A stretch of 39,232 bases of DNA from positions 1 through 39,232 of the forward strand of contig CAJWIE010000002.1 of NCBI GenBank assembly GCA_913041115.1, read 5' to 3'. How positions within the stretch are numbered: the first letter of the stretch is position 1; each line of letters opens with the position of its first letter. Origin of the DNA: an uncultured Legionellales bacterium. Its GTDB lineage: Bacteria > Pseudomonadota > Gammaproteobacteria > Eutrophobiales > Eutrophobiaceae. Of this stretch, positions 9,391 to 19,192 are shown piece after piece. The notes under the pieces are model-generated. The model worked only from the letters and a program-made list of their open reading frames with translations. It had not been told where the DNA came from and ran no database searches. The position numbers and the translations under genes are program-made.

Positions 9391-10722
9391 TTACTTATCT
9401 TCGTTATTTTTTTCTGAGAGTGCGCCGACTTTTACTATAACGAGTTTATCCGGGGATAATCGACGCTTAAAAGCATCTTTAATGTCATCAATTGTAACTT
9501 CTTCAACATTGCTATTAAACGTATCTAAGTAATTAAGTGGTAGTTTATAATATCCAATAACAACCGCATAATTAAGAATCTTGCTATTACTATCAATACG
9601 TAACGGAAACCCACCGATGATATTTTTCTTTGCAGCAATCAACTCTTCCTGAGTTGGTCCTTCTTCAATATATTTTCTAATATTTTCTAATAAAACAGAA
9701 ACTGCCTCGTCAGCCTGATTTGTCTTTGTTTGTAACCCCGCTATAAAAGGACCTTTAAAAAGCATGGGCATAAAATAACTGTAAGCACTATAGGATAAAC
9801 CTCTTTTCTCCCTAACCTCTTCAAATAATCGTGAAACCATCCCTCCCCCGCCGAGAATATGATTGCCGACATATAGTGAAAAATAATCAGAATCTCCGCG
9901 TTTTACTCCCAATTGTCCAACAAGAATATGTGTTTGAGCTGATGGGTATTCAATATCAATATTTTTTGATTCATTTAACTCCTTAACTTCTGATAATGAA
10001 TTGGCTTTTTCACCATTTTGTAACGAGCTTACGATATCTTCTGAAATTTTTTCGGCTAATTTACGATCAATTGCTCCAACAATCGCAATCATTGAATTTT
10101 TTGCTGTGTAGTATTTTTTGTAAAAAGAAATTATATTTTCTCTTTTAATCGATTTTATTGTTGTTTGATCGCCTTCGCTTGGTTTACCGTAAGGATGAGA
10201 CTGATAAATTCCACTCATAAATGCATCTTTTGCTATAGTAGCTGGCGATTGTTGTTTCGCTTTTATTCCTATTAGCATTTGCGAGCGTTTGCGCTCAAGA
10301 GCATCTTTAGGAAAATCGGGTTCTGAAATAACTTTCTTAAAATTTTCCGTTGCTTTCATTAATAGATCTTCTTCAGTAAGCGAGCGTAACTGAAGCGAGG
10401 CTGAATCATAATCAACATTTGCAGCATAAATTGCACCAAGTGATTCAAAACCACTGCTAATCACATCTGCATTATCTCCATTAGCCCCTTCTGCCAATAG
10501 ACTATTTGTTAACATTGCTATTCCTAATGTACCGCCGTCACGAGCACTGCCGGCATCAAAAACAATTTGTATATCTACCATTGGTAATTCTGGAGCGTGT
10601 ACATAATAAACATCAGTGCCCTTGCTTGTTATCCAATATTCTATATTTGGAGATGCTAATGAAGAAACTGCATAAAATAAGAAAAAAAATAAAATACTTC
10701 TAGTGTGCATGAGCATTTCCAT
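9391..10722 (-). CDS. M16-family peptidase-like protein lacking the zinc motif (probable non-catalytic partner)
   Basis: M16 fold-like sequence with a signal peptide (ILFFFLFYAVSSLASP) but no HxxEH. Three in-frame ATGs (10722, 10716, 10710) are possible starts, and each overlaps the upstream gene end. The track start at 10782 is probably too long. Confidence 0.78.
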   Translation of the reverse strand: MEMLMHTRSILFFFLFYAVSSLASPNIEYWITSKGTDVYYVHAPELPMVDIQIVFDAGSARDGGTLGIAMLTNSLLAEGANGDNADVISSGFESLGAIYAANVDYDSASLQLRSLTEEDLLMKATENFKKVISEPDFPKDALERKRSQMLIGIKAKQQSPATIAKDAFMSGIYQSHPYGKPSEGDQTTIKSIKRENIISFYKKYYTAKNSMIAIVGAIDRKLAEKISEDIVSSLQNGEKANSLSEVKELNESKNIDIEYPSAQTHILVGQLGVKRGDSDYFSLYVGNHILGGGGMVSRLFEEVREKRGLSYSAYSYFMPMLFKGPFIAGLQTKTNQADEAVSVLLENIRKYIEEGPTQEELIAAKKNIIGGFPLRIDSNSKILNYAVVIGYYKLPLNYLDTFNSNVEEVTIDDIKDAFKRRLSPDKLVIVKVGALSEKNNEDK

Positions 10723-12100
10723 CTTTTGTCTTTCTTTCGTTAATAGAATTGTCTTGAATCGGAAGCGGATATAAATCAGCAATAGTCAATCTATCATCAA
10801 TTAAATACTTTTTTGCGACTGACAATACTTGTTCATTTGTCACAGCTTTAATTCTCTCTACATATTTATCTGCTAAATCCCAAGACAAACCAACTGTTTC
10901 TAATATACCAATTATCATTGCCTGATAAAAAATAGAGTCTTTTTCGTAAACATCAGAAGATATTACTTGTGCTTTAACGCGTTGTAACTCCTCATCACTA
11001 ACTGGATATGTTTGTAAATTTAATATCTCGTTTCTAAATGCAACCTCAAGTTCCTGGATTGATTTATCTGGGGCAGGTGTCCCGGATAAAGTAAACAGAT
11101 TGTCTAGGCGTGATGCCATTTGATAACTTGCGCTTGCTGCTGCGGCAACCTCATTTCCCCTAACTAGCCTGCTAGAAATTCTTGCGCTATTACCGCCATC
11201 TAATATTCCTGCCAATACTTCTAAGGCATATGGCTCCCAATCATATTCATTATCATCTTGGTTGTTTGGTTTTATTACCGGAGTCTTAAAAGCCATTATT
11301 ATAGTTGGTAATTCAGCAGGGCGTTTCACGGTAATGCGTTTAGTGCCTAGCTGCGGAACTTCTATTTGCTTTTTTGTTGTTATCGACTCTTCAGGGGATA
11401 GCGGGCCAAAATATTCATAAGCTAGCGCGTAAACATCATTTGGGTCAACATCGCCGACAACAACAACTGTTGCATTATTAGGTGCATACCATGTTTTATA
11501 CCACTCCTTCAGATCATTGATTGTCATATTATCTAAATCTTGCATCCAACCAATTACAGGAGAGCGATACGAACTCGTTTGAAACGCAGCTGCTTTTACT
11601 GCTTCATATAAAAATGATTGTGGGTTATCTTCGGTACGCCAACGGCGTTCCTCCTTGACGACTTCAATTTCTTTTATAAATTCTTCATCAGATAATTTTA
11701 AATGTCGCATTCGATCAGCCTCTAATTCGAAACTAATTGATAATCGTGATTTTTCAAGAGTTTGAAAATAACTCGTGTAATCGGGGCCCGTAAAAGCATT
11801 ATCACGGCCACCATTTTCAGAAATAATGCGTGAAAATTCACCGGGTGGATATTTTTCAGTACCCTTAAACATCATGTGCTCTAGGACGTGCGATATTCCG
11901 GTTATGCCATCATTCTCATAGCTACTACCAACCTTGTACCATATCTGCGTCACGACAACAGGCGCACGATGATCCTCCTTTACCAAAAGCTTAAGACCAT
12001 TATTAAGTTCGTATTTATGCACCTGAGCTAAAACAACAACCGGAATTGCTGAAATCAAAATTAAAAATATGATGCTTATTTTAAACCAGGTATATTTCAT
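10700..12100 (-). CDS. M16-family zinc metallopeptidase (pitrilysin-like, catalytic subunit)
   Basis: Signal peptide and the inverted zinc motif HVLEHMMFKGT (HxxEH). 466 aa. It is paired with a second M16 gene. Confidence 0.88.
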   Translation of the reverse strand: MKYTWFKISIIFLILISAIPVVVLAQVHKYELNNGLKLLVKEDHRAPVVVTQIWYKVGSSYENDGITGISHVLEHMMFKGTEKYPPGEFSRIISENGGRDNAFTGPDYTSYFQTLEKSRLSISFELEADRMRHLKLSDEEFIKEIEVVKEERRWRTEDNPQSFLYEAVKAAAFQTSSYRSPVIGWMQDLDNMTINDLKEWYKTWYAPNNATVVVVGDVDPNDVYALAYEYFGPLSPEESITTKKQIEVPQLGTKRITVKRPAELPTIIMAFKTPVIKPNNQDDNEYDWEPYALEVLAGILDGGNSARISSRLVRGNEVAAAASASYQMASRLDNLFTLSGTPAPDKSIQELEVAFRNEILNLQTYPVSDEELQRVKAQVISSDVYEKDSIFYQAMIIGILETVGLSWDLADKYVERIKAVTNEQVLSVAKKYLIDDRLTIADLYPLPIQDNSINERKTKDGNAHAH

Positions 12101-12269
12101 TATTTTTTGTCTATGATGTTTGTATTAAATTTCGTATCATTGGACTTATTTTAGAATATTTTAATGCTATCTAAGTTCAAATTTACTTGCATAATTAAAA
12201 TGATTTTAAGAATTTTCCTTTATTCAAGTTTAAAAAAATAGTAATGATAAATCAAAATATTAAATCGAT

Positions 12270-13172
12270 ATGAAATCACTTGCTAGCCGTCTCAAGCTGA
12301 CGCGCACAAACCTTTTTGGCGCATTATTTGATAAAAATAAATCTGTCCTTGATGATAACATTATTAGTGAGCTTGAGGATAGATTTCTGCTTGCTGACAT
12401 TGGTGTAAAAACGACAGATCAGATCATGCAATTACTAAAATCAGCTCTTAAAAAAAATCCATCTGATTTTCCGCTAGAAAAACAAATAAAAAAAATTCTA
12501 ATATCAATACTTAAACCTGTTGAAAAAAATTTTACGATCCCAGGTGACATTAATAAGCCTTACTTGATTCTAGTCGTCGGTGTTAATGGTGTCGGAAAAA
12601 CAACAACGATTGGGAAACTTACGAAATTTATAAAATCTAGAGGTAAAAGTGTCCTGTTAGCAGCTGCAGATACTTTTCGGGCGGCAGCAACTGAGCAACT
12701 AAATAAATGGGGAGAATTAAATAATGTACAAATTATTTCACTCCCCAGTGGCTCTGATTCAGGCGCTGTTATCTATAATGCACTACAATTTGCCCAAGCT
12801 AATAATACAGATGTATTAATTGCTGATACTGCAGGTCGTTTGCATAACAAAAAAAATCTGATGGATGAAATTAAAAAAATTAATAATGTCAGCAATAAAT
12901 TCGATACAGCAATAAAAAAAGAGATATTTCTTATACTGGATGCTTGCACCGGACAAAATGCATTGATTCAAGCAAAACAATTTCAGGATACTATTGGTGT
13001 AGATGGAATTATTTTGACTAAACTTGATGGTACTGCTAAAGGTGGTATTGTATTTACAATTGCCAATGAATTAAAAATTCCAATCCATTTTATTGGGGTA
13101 GGAGAAAAGATTGATGATTTACAGCCATTTAATGCTTCAGATTTTATTGATGCGTTATTAGATAACAACTAA
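12270..13172 (+). CDS. ftsY: Signal recognition particle receptor FtsY (NG domains only)
   Basis: GTPase motifs GVNGVGKTTT, DTAGR and TKLDG. 300 aa with no acidic A domain. Followed by ftsE-ftsX. Confidence 0.93.
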   Translation: MKSLASRLKLTRTNLFGALFDKNKSVLDDNIISELEDRFLLADIGVKTTDQIMQLLKSALKKNPSDFPLEKQIKKILISILKPVEKNFTIPGDINKPYLILVVGVNGVGKTTTIGKLTKFIKSRGKSVLLAAADTFRAAATEQLNKWGELNNVQIISLPSGSDSGAVIYNALQFAQANNTDVLIADTAGRLHNKKNLMDEIKKINNVSNKFDTAIKKEIFLILDACTGQNALIQAKQFQDTIGVDGIILTKLDGTAKGGIVFTIANELKIPIHFIGVGEKIDDLQPFNASDFIDALLDNN

Positions 13173-13882
13173 TGATTCAATTTGCAAATGTCTTTATGAC
13201 ATACCCAAGCGGCAATAAAGCCTTGCAAAATATAAATCTAAATATTGATAAAGGAGAAATGGTCTATGTAAGCGGTCGTTCTGGAGCAGGTAAGAGTACC
13301 TTATTAAAATTAATTAATTTAATCGACCGCCATACACGTGGACAAATTATAGTAAAGGGTCAGAACCTAGAACGAATTAAAAAAAATCGTGTGTCTATAT
13401 TCAGAAGAAATATTGGTTTTATTTTCCAAAATCATAGATTACTTAACGACCGGACTATTTTTGATAATGTTGCGCTACCTTTAATAATAGCCGGTAATAA
13501 CCACCAAGAAGTAAAAAGGAGAGTCCAAGCGGCGTTAGATAAAGTTGATTTATTATCAAAAATTAATAGTTACCCAATGGAATTATCAGGTGGAGAGCAA
13601 CAACGCATCGGTGTTGCTAGAGCAGTAGTACATCGGCCTGCTATTTTGCTTGCTGATGAGCCAACTGGGAATCTTGACCCAACGCTTTCATGGGAAATGA
13701 TGAAATTATTTGAACAATTTAATCAAGTGGGTGTTACCGTGCTTATTGCAAGTCATGAACTTGATATGATTGAGCATATGAAAAAAAGAATTATTATTTT
13801 AAATAAAGGACGTATCACAAATAGTACTGAAGAGCCGCTGGCTAATTTACAGAAAATTAAAATAGAACGTGAAATTATATAA
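13172..13882 (+). CDS. ftsE: Cell division ATP-binding protein FtsE
   Basis: Walker A GRSGAGKST, signature LSGGEQQR, Walker B LLADEPTGNLD. TAATG overlap with the ftsY stop. Confidence 0.93.
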   Translation: MIQFANVFMTYPSGNKALQNINLNIDKGEMVYVSGRSGAGKSTLLKLINLIDRHTRGQIIVKGQNLERIKKNRVSIFRRNIGFIFQNHRLLNDRTIFDNVALPLIIAGNNHQEVKRRVQAALDKVDLLSKINSYPMELSGGEQQRIGVARAVVHRPAILLADEPTGNLDPTLSWEMMKLFEQFNQVGVTVLIASHELDMIEHMKKRIIILNKGRITNSTEEPLANLQKIKIEREII

Positions 13883-14809
13883 TTGAAGCAACATATACAA
13901 ACTTGGCTTAAACAGCATGCGCATGCATTCTTTTTTAGTTTAGGGCAATATATAAAAAATCCTATCAATAATATATTAACAACTTTTGTTATTGGTATTT
14001 CGCTTGCATTTCCTGTGGGGTTCTATGTATTTCTTAATAATGTTCAAATACTTTCTTCTGGCTGGGATGATTCAATTGAAATAAATCTATTTTTAGATAC
14101 CACAATCGATGAAGAGCAAGCTAATGTTTTTGCAAATAGAATATCAAAACGTGATGATGTTGCTGAAACAATCCTCATAAATAAAGATGAAGCGCTTGCT
14201 GAATACAAAAAACTTTCTGGTTTATCGGGTGCGCTTGACGTCCTTGATGAAAACCCCTTCCCGAATGTTATTTTAGTAAAGCCAGTATTTGTGGATATTG
14301 ATGAATATAAAACTACAAAATTGATTAATGAATTAGAAGTGATGCCTGAAATTGATGATGTACAGTATGACAATACGTGGATAAAACGTCTGATTCACAT
14401 TATAGATATCGTTAAACTTGTTACTTTTATACTATCTGTCCTATTGGCGATTGCGGTTTTACTAATTGTTGGCAATACAATACGTTTGTCTATTTATAGT
14501 TATCGTCATGAAATTGAAATAACAAAATTATTTGGAGGAACGGATAGTTTTATTCAGCGTCCATTTTTATACAGTGGCATGTGGTATGGCATATTCGGAA
14601 GCGTTATAGCTTGGTTTTTAATCGCTGTCTCAATCCAAATACTAAGTGGGCCTATAGAAAATTTATCAAATCTTTATGCGGGAGATTTTCAATTAGTTGG
14701 TCTTGGTGTAATAAATACTCTTTACTTATTCGGTATAGGGGTATTGCTAGGATTGCTTGGCTCCTGGGCATCAGTAAAACGTTATTTATATGCGATTGAG
14801 GCAAAATAA
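13883..14809 (+). CDS. ftsX: Cell division permease-like protein FtsX
   Basis: Four TM segments with a periplasmic loop after TM1, directly after ftsE. There is no in-frame ATG before TM1, so the TTG at 13883, abutting the ftsE stop, is the only plausible start. Confidence 0.88.
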   Translation: MKQHIQTWLKQHAHAFFFSLGQYIKNPINNILTTFVIGISLAFPVGFYVFLNNVQILSSGWDDSIEINLFLDTTIDEEQANVFANRISKRDDVAETILINKDEALAEYKKLSGLSGALDVLDENPFPNVILVKPVFVDIDEYKTTKLINELEVMPEIDDVQYDNTWIKRLIHIIDIVKLVTFILSVLLAIAVLLIVGNTIRLSIYSYRHEIEITKLFGGTDSFIQRPFLYSGMWYGIFGSVIAWFLIAVSIQILSGPIENLSNLYAGDFQLVGLGVINTLYLFGIGVLLGLLGSWASVKRYLYAIEAK

Positions 14810-14843
14810 GTATATAAATCAGTAATTTAATAAAATTTTGGAT

Positions 14844-14871
14844 TGAACCTTTCAAATTATTAGCACTCAAA
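14844..14871 (+). promoter_or_regulatory. Candidate sigmaE (RpoE)-type promoter upstream of rpoH
   Basis: TGAACCT (14844-14850), a 16-nt spacer, then TCAAA (14867-14871). The remembered sigmaE consensus is GGAACTT-N16-TCAAA. E. coli rpoH has a sigmaE-dependent P3 promoter. Confidence 0.35.
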
Positions 14872-14931
14872 CTATAAGAGTGCTAAAATATTGATAGTTG
14901 AAGCTAATTATGGCTTATAGGAACTAAATAT

Positions 14932-15777
14932 ATGAATCAACTGACAAATTTACAATTTGCATTGCCAGTAGGGTCAATTAATAGTTATATCCATTCTGTC
15001 AATCAAGTACCGATATTAACATTTGAAGAAGAACAGCGTCTGGCAAAACTATTAAGAGACCACGACGACATTGAGGCTGCCCGTCAGTTAGTTATGTCTC
15101 ATCTTCGTTTCGTTGTAAAAATAGCACGTGGTTATAGCGGGTATGGACTACAACAATCTGATCTTATTCAAGAAGGTAATATAGGTTTAATGAAAGCAGT
15201 TAAACGTTTTGATCCCGACGTTGGAGTACGACTTGTTTCATTTGCGGTCCATTGGGTGCGTGCAGAAATGCATGAATTTATTCTCCGAAATTGGCGTGTT
15301 GCTAAAATTGCAACAACAAAAGCGCAACGTAAGTTATTCTTCAATCTTCGTTCATCAAAAAAAAGATTGGGTTGGCTAAACCAAAAAGAAATAAATGAAG
15401 TCGCAGAAGACCTAGGAGTAAAACCAAGCGATGTAGTTGAAATGGAAAAACGCATGAGTAATTATGATGCGACATTGGAGCCGCGCCTTGATGATGATGA
15501 GTCCTGCAATATGCCCATAAATTACTTAGAAAATAATGAGGCTGGCCCGGAAGAATTATTAGAAAACGAACAAAATATAAGTAACGAACAAGAAACACTA
15601 AAAAATGCAATTTCTCTATTAGATGATAGAAGTAGAAATATTATTTCAAACCGGTGGCTAGCAGAAAAAAAAGTAACGCTTCATGAACTTGCGGCAATTC
15701 ATAATATTTCCGCAGAAAGAGTGAGGCAAATCGAAAATACTGCAATAAAAAAGCTCAAAGAATCTATTAAGAATTAG
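14932..15777 (+). CDS. rpoH: RNA polymerase sigma-32 heat-shock factor
   Basis: The RpoH box QRKLFFNLR is present and sigma70-family regions 2 and 4 are recognisable. 281 aa. Downstream of ftsYEX, as in E. coli and Pseudomonas. Confidence 0.95.
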   Translation: MNQLTNLQFALPVGSINSYIHSVNQVPILTFEEEQRLAKLLRDHDDIEAARQLVMSHLRFVVKIARGYSGYGLQQSDLIQEGNIGLMKAVKRFDPDVGVRLVSFAVHWVRAEMHEFILRNWRVAKIATTKAQRKLFFNLRSSKKRLGWLNQKEINEVAEDLGVKPSDVVEMEKRMSNYDATLEPRLDDDESCNMPINYLENNEAGPEELLENEQNISNEQETLKNAISLLDDRSRNIISNRWLAEKKVTLHELAAIHNISAERVRQIENTAIKKLKESIKN

Positions 15778-15797
15778 TAACTTTATAATTCTTTTTT
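15769..15797 (+). terminator. Weak AT-rich intrinsic terminator candidate after rpoH
   Basis: AAGAATTA (15769-15776) pairs with TAATTCTT (15786-15793) across a 9-nt loop, followed by TTTT. The stem has only one G-C pair and includes the rpoH stop codon. Confidence 0.3.
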
Positions 15798-15804
15798 AGT
15801 TATA

Positions 15805-16713
15805 TTATAAATTGCTTACTATTATCGGAATATAGTGATCGATTAATAAAAACGCAAACAAAAGCATTAAATAAATAATAGAATAAGAAAATGTTTGCAT
15901 CGCTAATCGATCTTCGTGATTAAAATACATAAGAATTGTATAGTATAAAAATCCCACACCAAGTAATACTGCCCCCGCCAAATAAAATACACCAGACATA
16001 CCAACTAAATATGGCAGCAAAGTCACAATAAATAATAAAATTGTGTACAACAAAATGTGTAGCCGGGTAAATGCAACACCATGTGTTACAGGTAACATCG
16101 GAATATCTGCAGCAGCATAATCATCGCGACGATAAATCGCTAATGCCCAAAAGTGTGGCGGTGTCCAAACAAATATAATTAAAAATAATAATAACGCATT
16201 AGGATCTAATGTTCCTGTTACAGCTGTCCAACCCAAAACTGGTGGCGCGGCACCTGCAGCACCTCCTATTACAATATTTTGTGGTGTAGCACGCTTCAGA
16301 AACATCGAATAAATAAAACCATACCCAATTAATGACAATGCGGTTAGTCCTGCGGTAAGCGGATTTATCAAAAACGCTAAAATTCCCATTGAAATTGTCC
16401 CAAGAAACCATGCGAAAATAATGGCATTAACGATGCTTACTTTACCTTCTGGCAAAGGTCTTCGCATAGTTCTTGCCATAATTGAATCAATACGATGATC
16501 AACAACATGATTAATTGCCGCAGCAGAAGAGGCTGCCAAACCAATCCCGACTGTCCCATACAACAAAACATCCCATGGAACCATGCCTGGTGTCGCCAGA
16601 AACATGCCAACGACAGCAGTAAAAACAATCAAGGAAACTACTTTGGGCTTACAAAGCGCTAAATAATCGTGCCAGACAACATCTGTCGTATCTGTTATTG
16701 ATCGATTATTCAT
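15805..16713 (-). CDS. ctaB: Protoheme IX farnesyltransferase (heme O synthase)
   Basis: 302 aa polytopic UbiA-family protein ([12 protein letters not shown]..., MRRPLPEG) adjacent to heme A synthase in the oxidase cluster. Confidence 0.92.
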   Translation of the reverse strand: MNNRSITDTTDVVWHDYLALCKPKVVSLIVFTAVVGMFLATPGMVPWDVLLYGTVGIGLAASSAAAINHVVDHRIDSIMARTMRRPLPEGKVSIVNAIIFAWFLGTISMGILAFLINPLTAGLTALSLIGYGFIYSMFLKRATPQNIVIGGAAGAAPPVLGWTAVTGTLDPNALLLFLIIFVWTPPHFWALAIYRRDDYAAADIPMLPVTHGVAFTRLHILLYTILLFIVTLLPYLVGMSGVFYLAGAVLLGVGFLYYTILMYFNHEDRLAMQTFSYSIIYLMLLFAFLLIDHYIPIIVSNL

Positions 16714-16727
16714 AAAAAACCTCGTGT

Positions 16728-17741
16728 TTAAAATAAATCATTTTTATCGCTTACACAATGATGTAATAGCGTTACTAAGGATAACAATAATAGGGCAGCC
16801 ACTCCATTATGAGCGACGGCAATTGATAGTGGTAAATGAAATTTAACATTAGCAATCCCTAGTAATATCTGAACTATAAGCAACATTAATACGATAATCC
16901 CTGTTAATTTTAAGTATCTGCTATTGCTAAAAATATTACACAAACCAACATAAACAATAATAATCGCCGTTATAATAGCGCCAATGCGGTGGGTCATATG
17001 TATTGCCGTTCTTGCTGCGCTATCTAGAGTGCCGCCTTCATAATTAATACCCAGCCCTTGCCATAAAATAAAGCCTTCAAAAAAATTCATTTCTGGCCAC
17101 CACACCCCCTGGCATACTGGAAAATCAGGACACGCAAGCGCAGCATAATTAGAACTGGTCCACCCACCCAACAAAATTTGACAAAACAAGACAGCTAATG
17201 CTGTTATGGCCAAAGGACGTAATTTTTTGTTGCCTTCACTAACAAAAACCCCGTTCTTTGATTGCTCTCTTAACAATTTCCAATAAAACAGGCTTAAGAT
17301 AGTTAATCCGCCAAGAAGATGTAACATAACAATGATAGGTTTTAGCAATAATGTAACTGTCCACATTCCTAATATCCCCTGAAAAATAACTAGCGCTAAT
17401 AAAATGCTTGAAAATAATCGAATACTTGAATATTGTTTTTTAGTCCATGCTAAAAAAGTTAACATTAATATTAAAAAACCTAATGTACTAGCAAGGTAAC
17501 GATGCAACATTTCTTTCCATGCCTTATCTTTTTCAAATGGTCTTTCGGGATATAACTCGCTCATCTCCTCAATTTGACTATTACTGCCTTCGGGAATAAT
17601 TAATTTGCCATAACAACCCGGCCAATCGGGACAACCTAAACCAGCATCGGACAATCTAACGTATGCGCCTAAAATAATGACTGTAAGTACCAACACACAT
17701 CCTAATCGTAAAAGGGTCAGCAATAGATTATCCGTGTTCAT
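16728..17741 (-). CDS. ctaA: Heme A synthase (COX15/CtaA family)
   Basis: 337 aa, 8 TM-like segments, conserved cysteine pairs ([12 protein letters not shown] and ACPDFPVC) and conserved histidines. Cluster context supports the call. Confidence 0.88.
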   Translation of the reverse strand: MNTDNLLLTLLRLGCVLVLTVIILGAYVRLSDAGLGCPDWPGCYGKLIIPEGSNSQIEEMSELYPERPFEKDKAWKEMLHRYLASTLGFLILMLTFLAWTKKQYSSIRLFSSILLALVIFQGILGMWTVTLLLKPIIVMLHLLGGLTILSLFYWKLLREQSKNGVFVSEGNKKLRPLAITALAVLFCQILLGGWTSSNYAALACPDFPVCQGVWWPEMNFFEGFILWQGLGINYEGGTLDSAARTAIHMTHRIGAIITAIIIVYVGLCNIFSNSRYLKLTGIIVLMLLIVQILLGIANVKFHLPLSIAVAHNGVAALLLLSLVTLLHHCVSDKNDLF

Positions 17742-17768
17742 TTTTATTGTTTTTTATAATTTTTTTTA

Positions 17769-18377
17769 TTACCCAATATGGGATGCCCTTAATAACTTTT
17801 TTAAATCTTTTAAAATGCCTTTTGGGTTTATATCAGATGGATAACTCATCATAAGATTGCCTAATGGGTCAGAAATATATATTCGCTCGGATTTTAGTGG
17901 CTCATTAAAATTTTTAAAACGAAATTTATCTAACAAAACATCTATATCAATAATACTGGTATTAATAACTTGCTGTCCTTTAAAATTAATAAATAGCGAA
18001 GATAACTCTTCGACATTTTGATTTGTTAAAAACAAAACTTTTTGTACACGCAATGAATGTTTGCCTACGCCCATATGAATCTGTCTCATACGGTAAACAT
18101 TTTGCATGCAAATATCATCACACGACTCTGCAACATATATCATGCTCCATTTCCCATGCAATGTATTATTCCGCTCCGCATTTAATGGATCAATTAATGA
18201 CAAATCCTCTAATTGAATAGGAGGAGTTATAATTTGACCATAGTTTGATGTGCCACGTGATTCCAAAAAGTTAGTATGATTAAATACATACCAAGATAGA
18301 ATTGAAGGAGTAATAAAAACCAATACAATAACAATAATTATTATTTTATTTTTCTTATTTGAATTTACATCATCCAT
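17769..18377 (-). CDS. Membrane-anchored protein of unknown function with a CxxxC motif (possibly a divergent SCO/thioredoxin-like fold)
   Basis: N-terminal TM (KIIIIVIVLVFITPSILSWYVF). GKWSMIYVAESCDDICMQNV resembles the SCO1 GxWxLxYFGxxxCPDxC region. It overlaps the SURF1 stop by 8 nt and lies between SURF1 and ctaA. The CDS call is solid; the function is speculative. Confidence 0.5.
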   Translation of the reverse strand: MDDVNSNKKNKIIIIVIVLVFITPSILSWYVFNHTNFLESRGTSNYGQIITPPIQLEDLSLIDPLNAERNNTLHGKWSMIYVAESCDDICMQNVYRMRQIHMGVGKHSLRVQKVLFLTNQNVEELSSLFINFKGQQVINTSIIDIDVLLDKFRFKNFNEPLKSERIYISDPLGNLMMSYPSDINPKGILKDLKKLLRASHIG

Positions 18378-19116
18378 TTTCCTTAACCTTCTTTTTAAGA
18401 TTCATCACAAAATAAATAATAAATAACGTTGATGCAAAAGCAAACCATTGGTAGGCATAACCTATATGCATGTTCTCAGCAGAATTGCGTGATTTCCAGT
18501 TTCTAATATAGCCGTACTCTGACTCGGGAGATAATCTGATTATATAAGGAAATAACTTAATTTCTGTTGCGGCAGAAATTTCATTTATATCTATTTTTTG
18601 AAATCTAGTAACATAAGTATCTAGCTTCTCAACTTGATTTTCCATTAATAATACACCAGTCCTTGGTTCCTTCTTCAAAACGCCATGTATAGTAACTTCA
18701 CCTTCCGTTAAAATTAGGTTTGGGCTTTTATTACGATCTCCCCCTATCGGAACCCAACCGCGATTCACTAAGAAAATATCCTCGCTATTTTTGACTTTAA
18801 AAGGGGTATAGACGTAATAACCTGCTTGCCCAGCATTGACCTGATTATCTAATAATATTTGTTGGCGTTCTAGAAAATTGCCTGTTGCAGTAACTTTACG
18901 CCATAAAATATTATCGCTATCTTTAATAAAGCTATTATTCAGATCAATTATTTCTTTTGCTTGTCGTTCGTTAAAAAATGATTGAAGTTCGCGTTTCTGT
19001 TCTGCTCGATCAAGTTGCCAAAAACCTAAATTAAGAAACAATATAAAAAATATAACCGCAAAAATACTAGTTATTAGTTTCGGACAAAATATCCAATTTC
19101 CAAAATTTATTTTCAT
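18370..19116 (-). CDS. SURF1-family cytochrome oxidase assembly protein
   Basis: TM followed by GFWQLDRAEQKREL at the N-terminus, a second TM near the C-terminus (YAYQWFAFASTLFIIYF), SURF1-like length, and cluster context. Confidence 0.85.
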   Translation of the reverse strand: MKINFGNWIFCPKLITSIFAVIFFILFLNLGFWQLDRAEQKRELQSFFNERQAKEIIDLNNSFIKDSDNILWRKVTATGNFLERQQILLDNQVNAGQAGYYVYTPFKVKNSEDIFLVNRGWVPIGGDRNKSPNLILTEGEVTIHGVLKKEPRTGVLLMENQVEKLDTYVTRFQKIDINEISAATEIKLFPYIIRLSPESEYGYIRNWKSRNSAENMHIGYAYQWFAFASTLFIIYFVMNLKKKVKENG

Positions 19117-19192
19117 TAATGTCGTGATTCTTCAAGCTTTGTGAGAATTATGCTGTTAAACTATTTTTTTAAAAATTATTGAAGTTAAAAAA

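Noticed and set aside
14860-14886. 9-bp perfect hairpin read as the ftsX intrinsic terminator
   Set aside because: No T-run follows it on the + strand, and it overlaps the sigmaE-like -10 element and expected transcription start. It is therefore not called as a terminator feature and is discussed in the findings instead.
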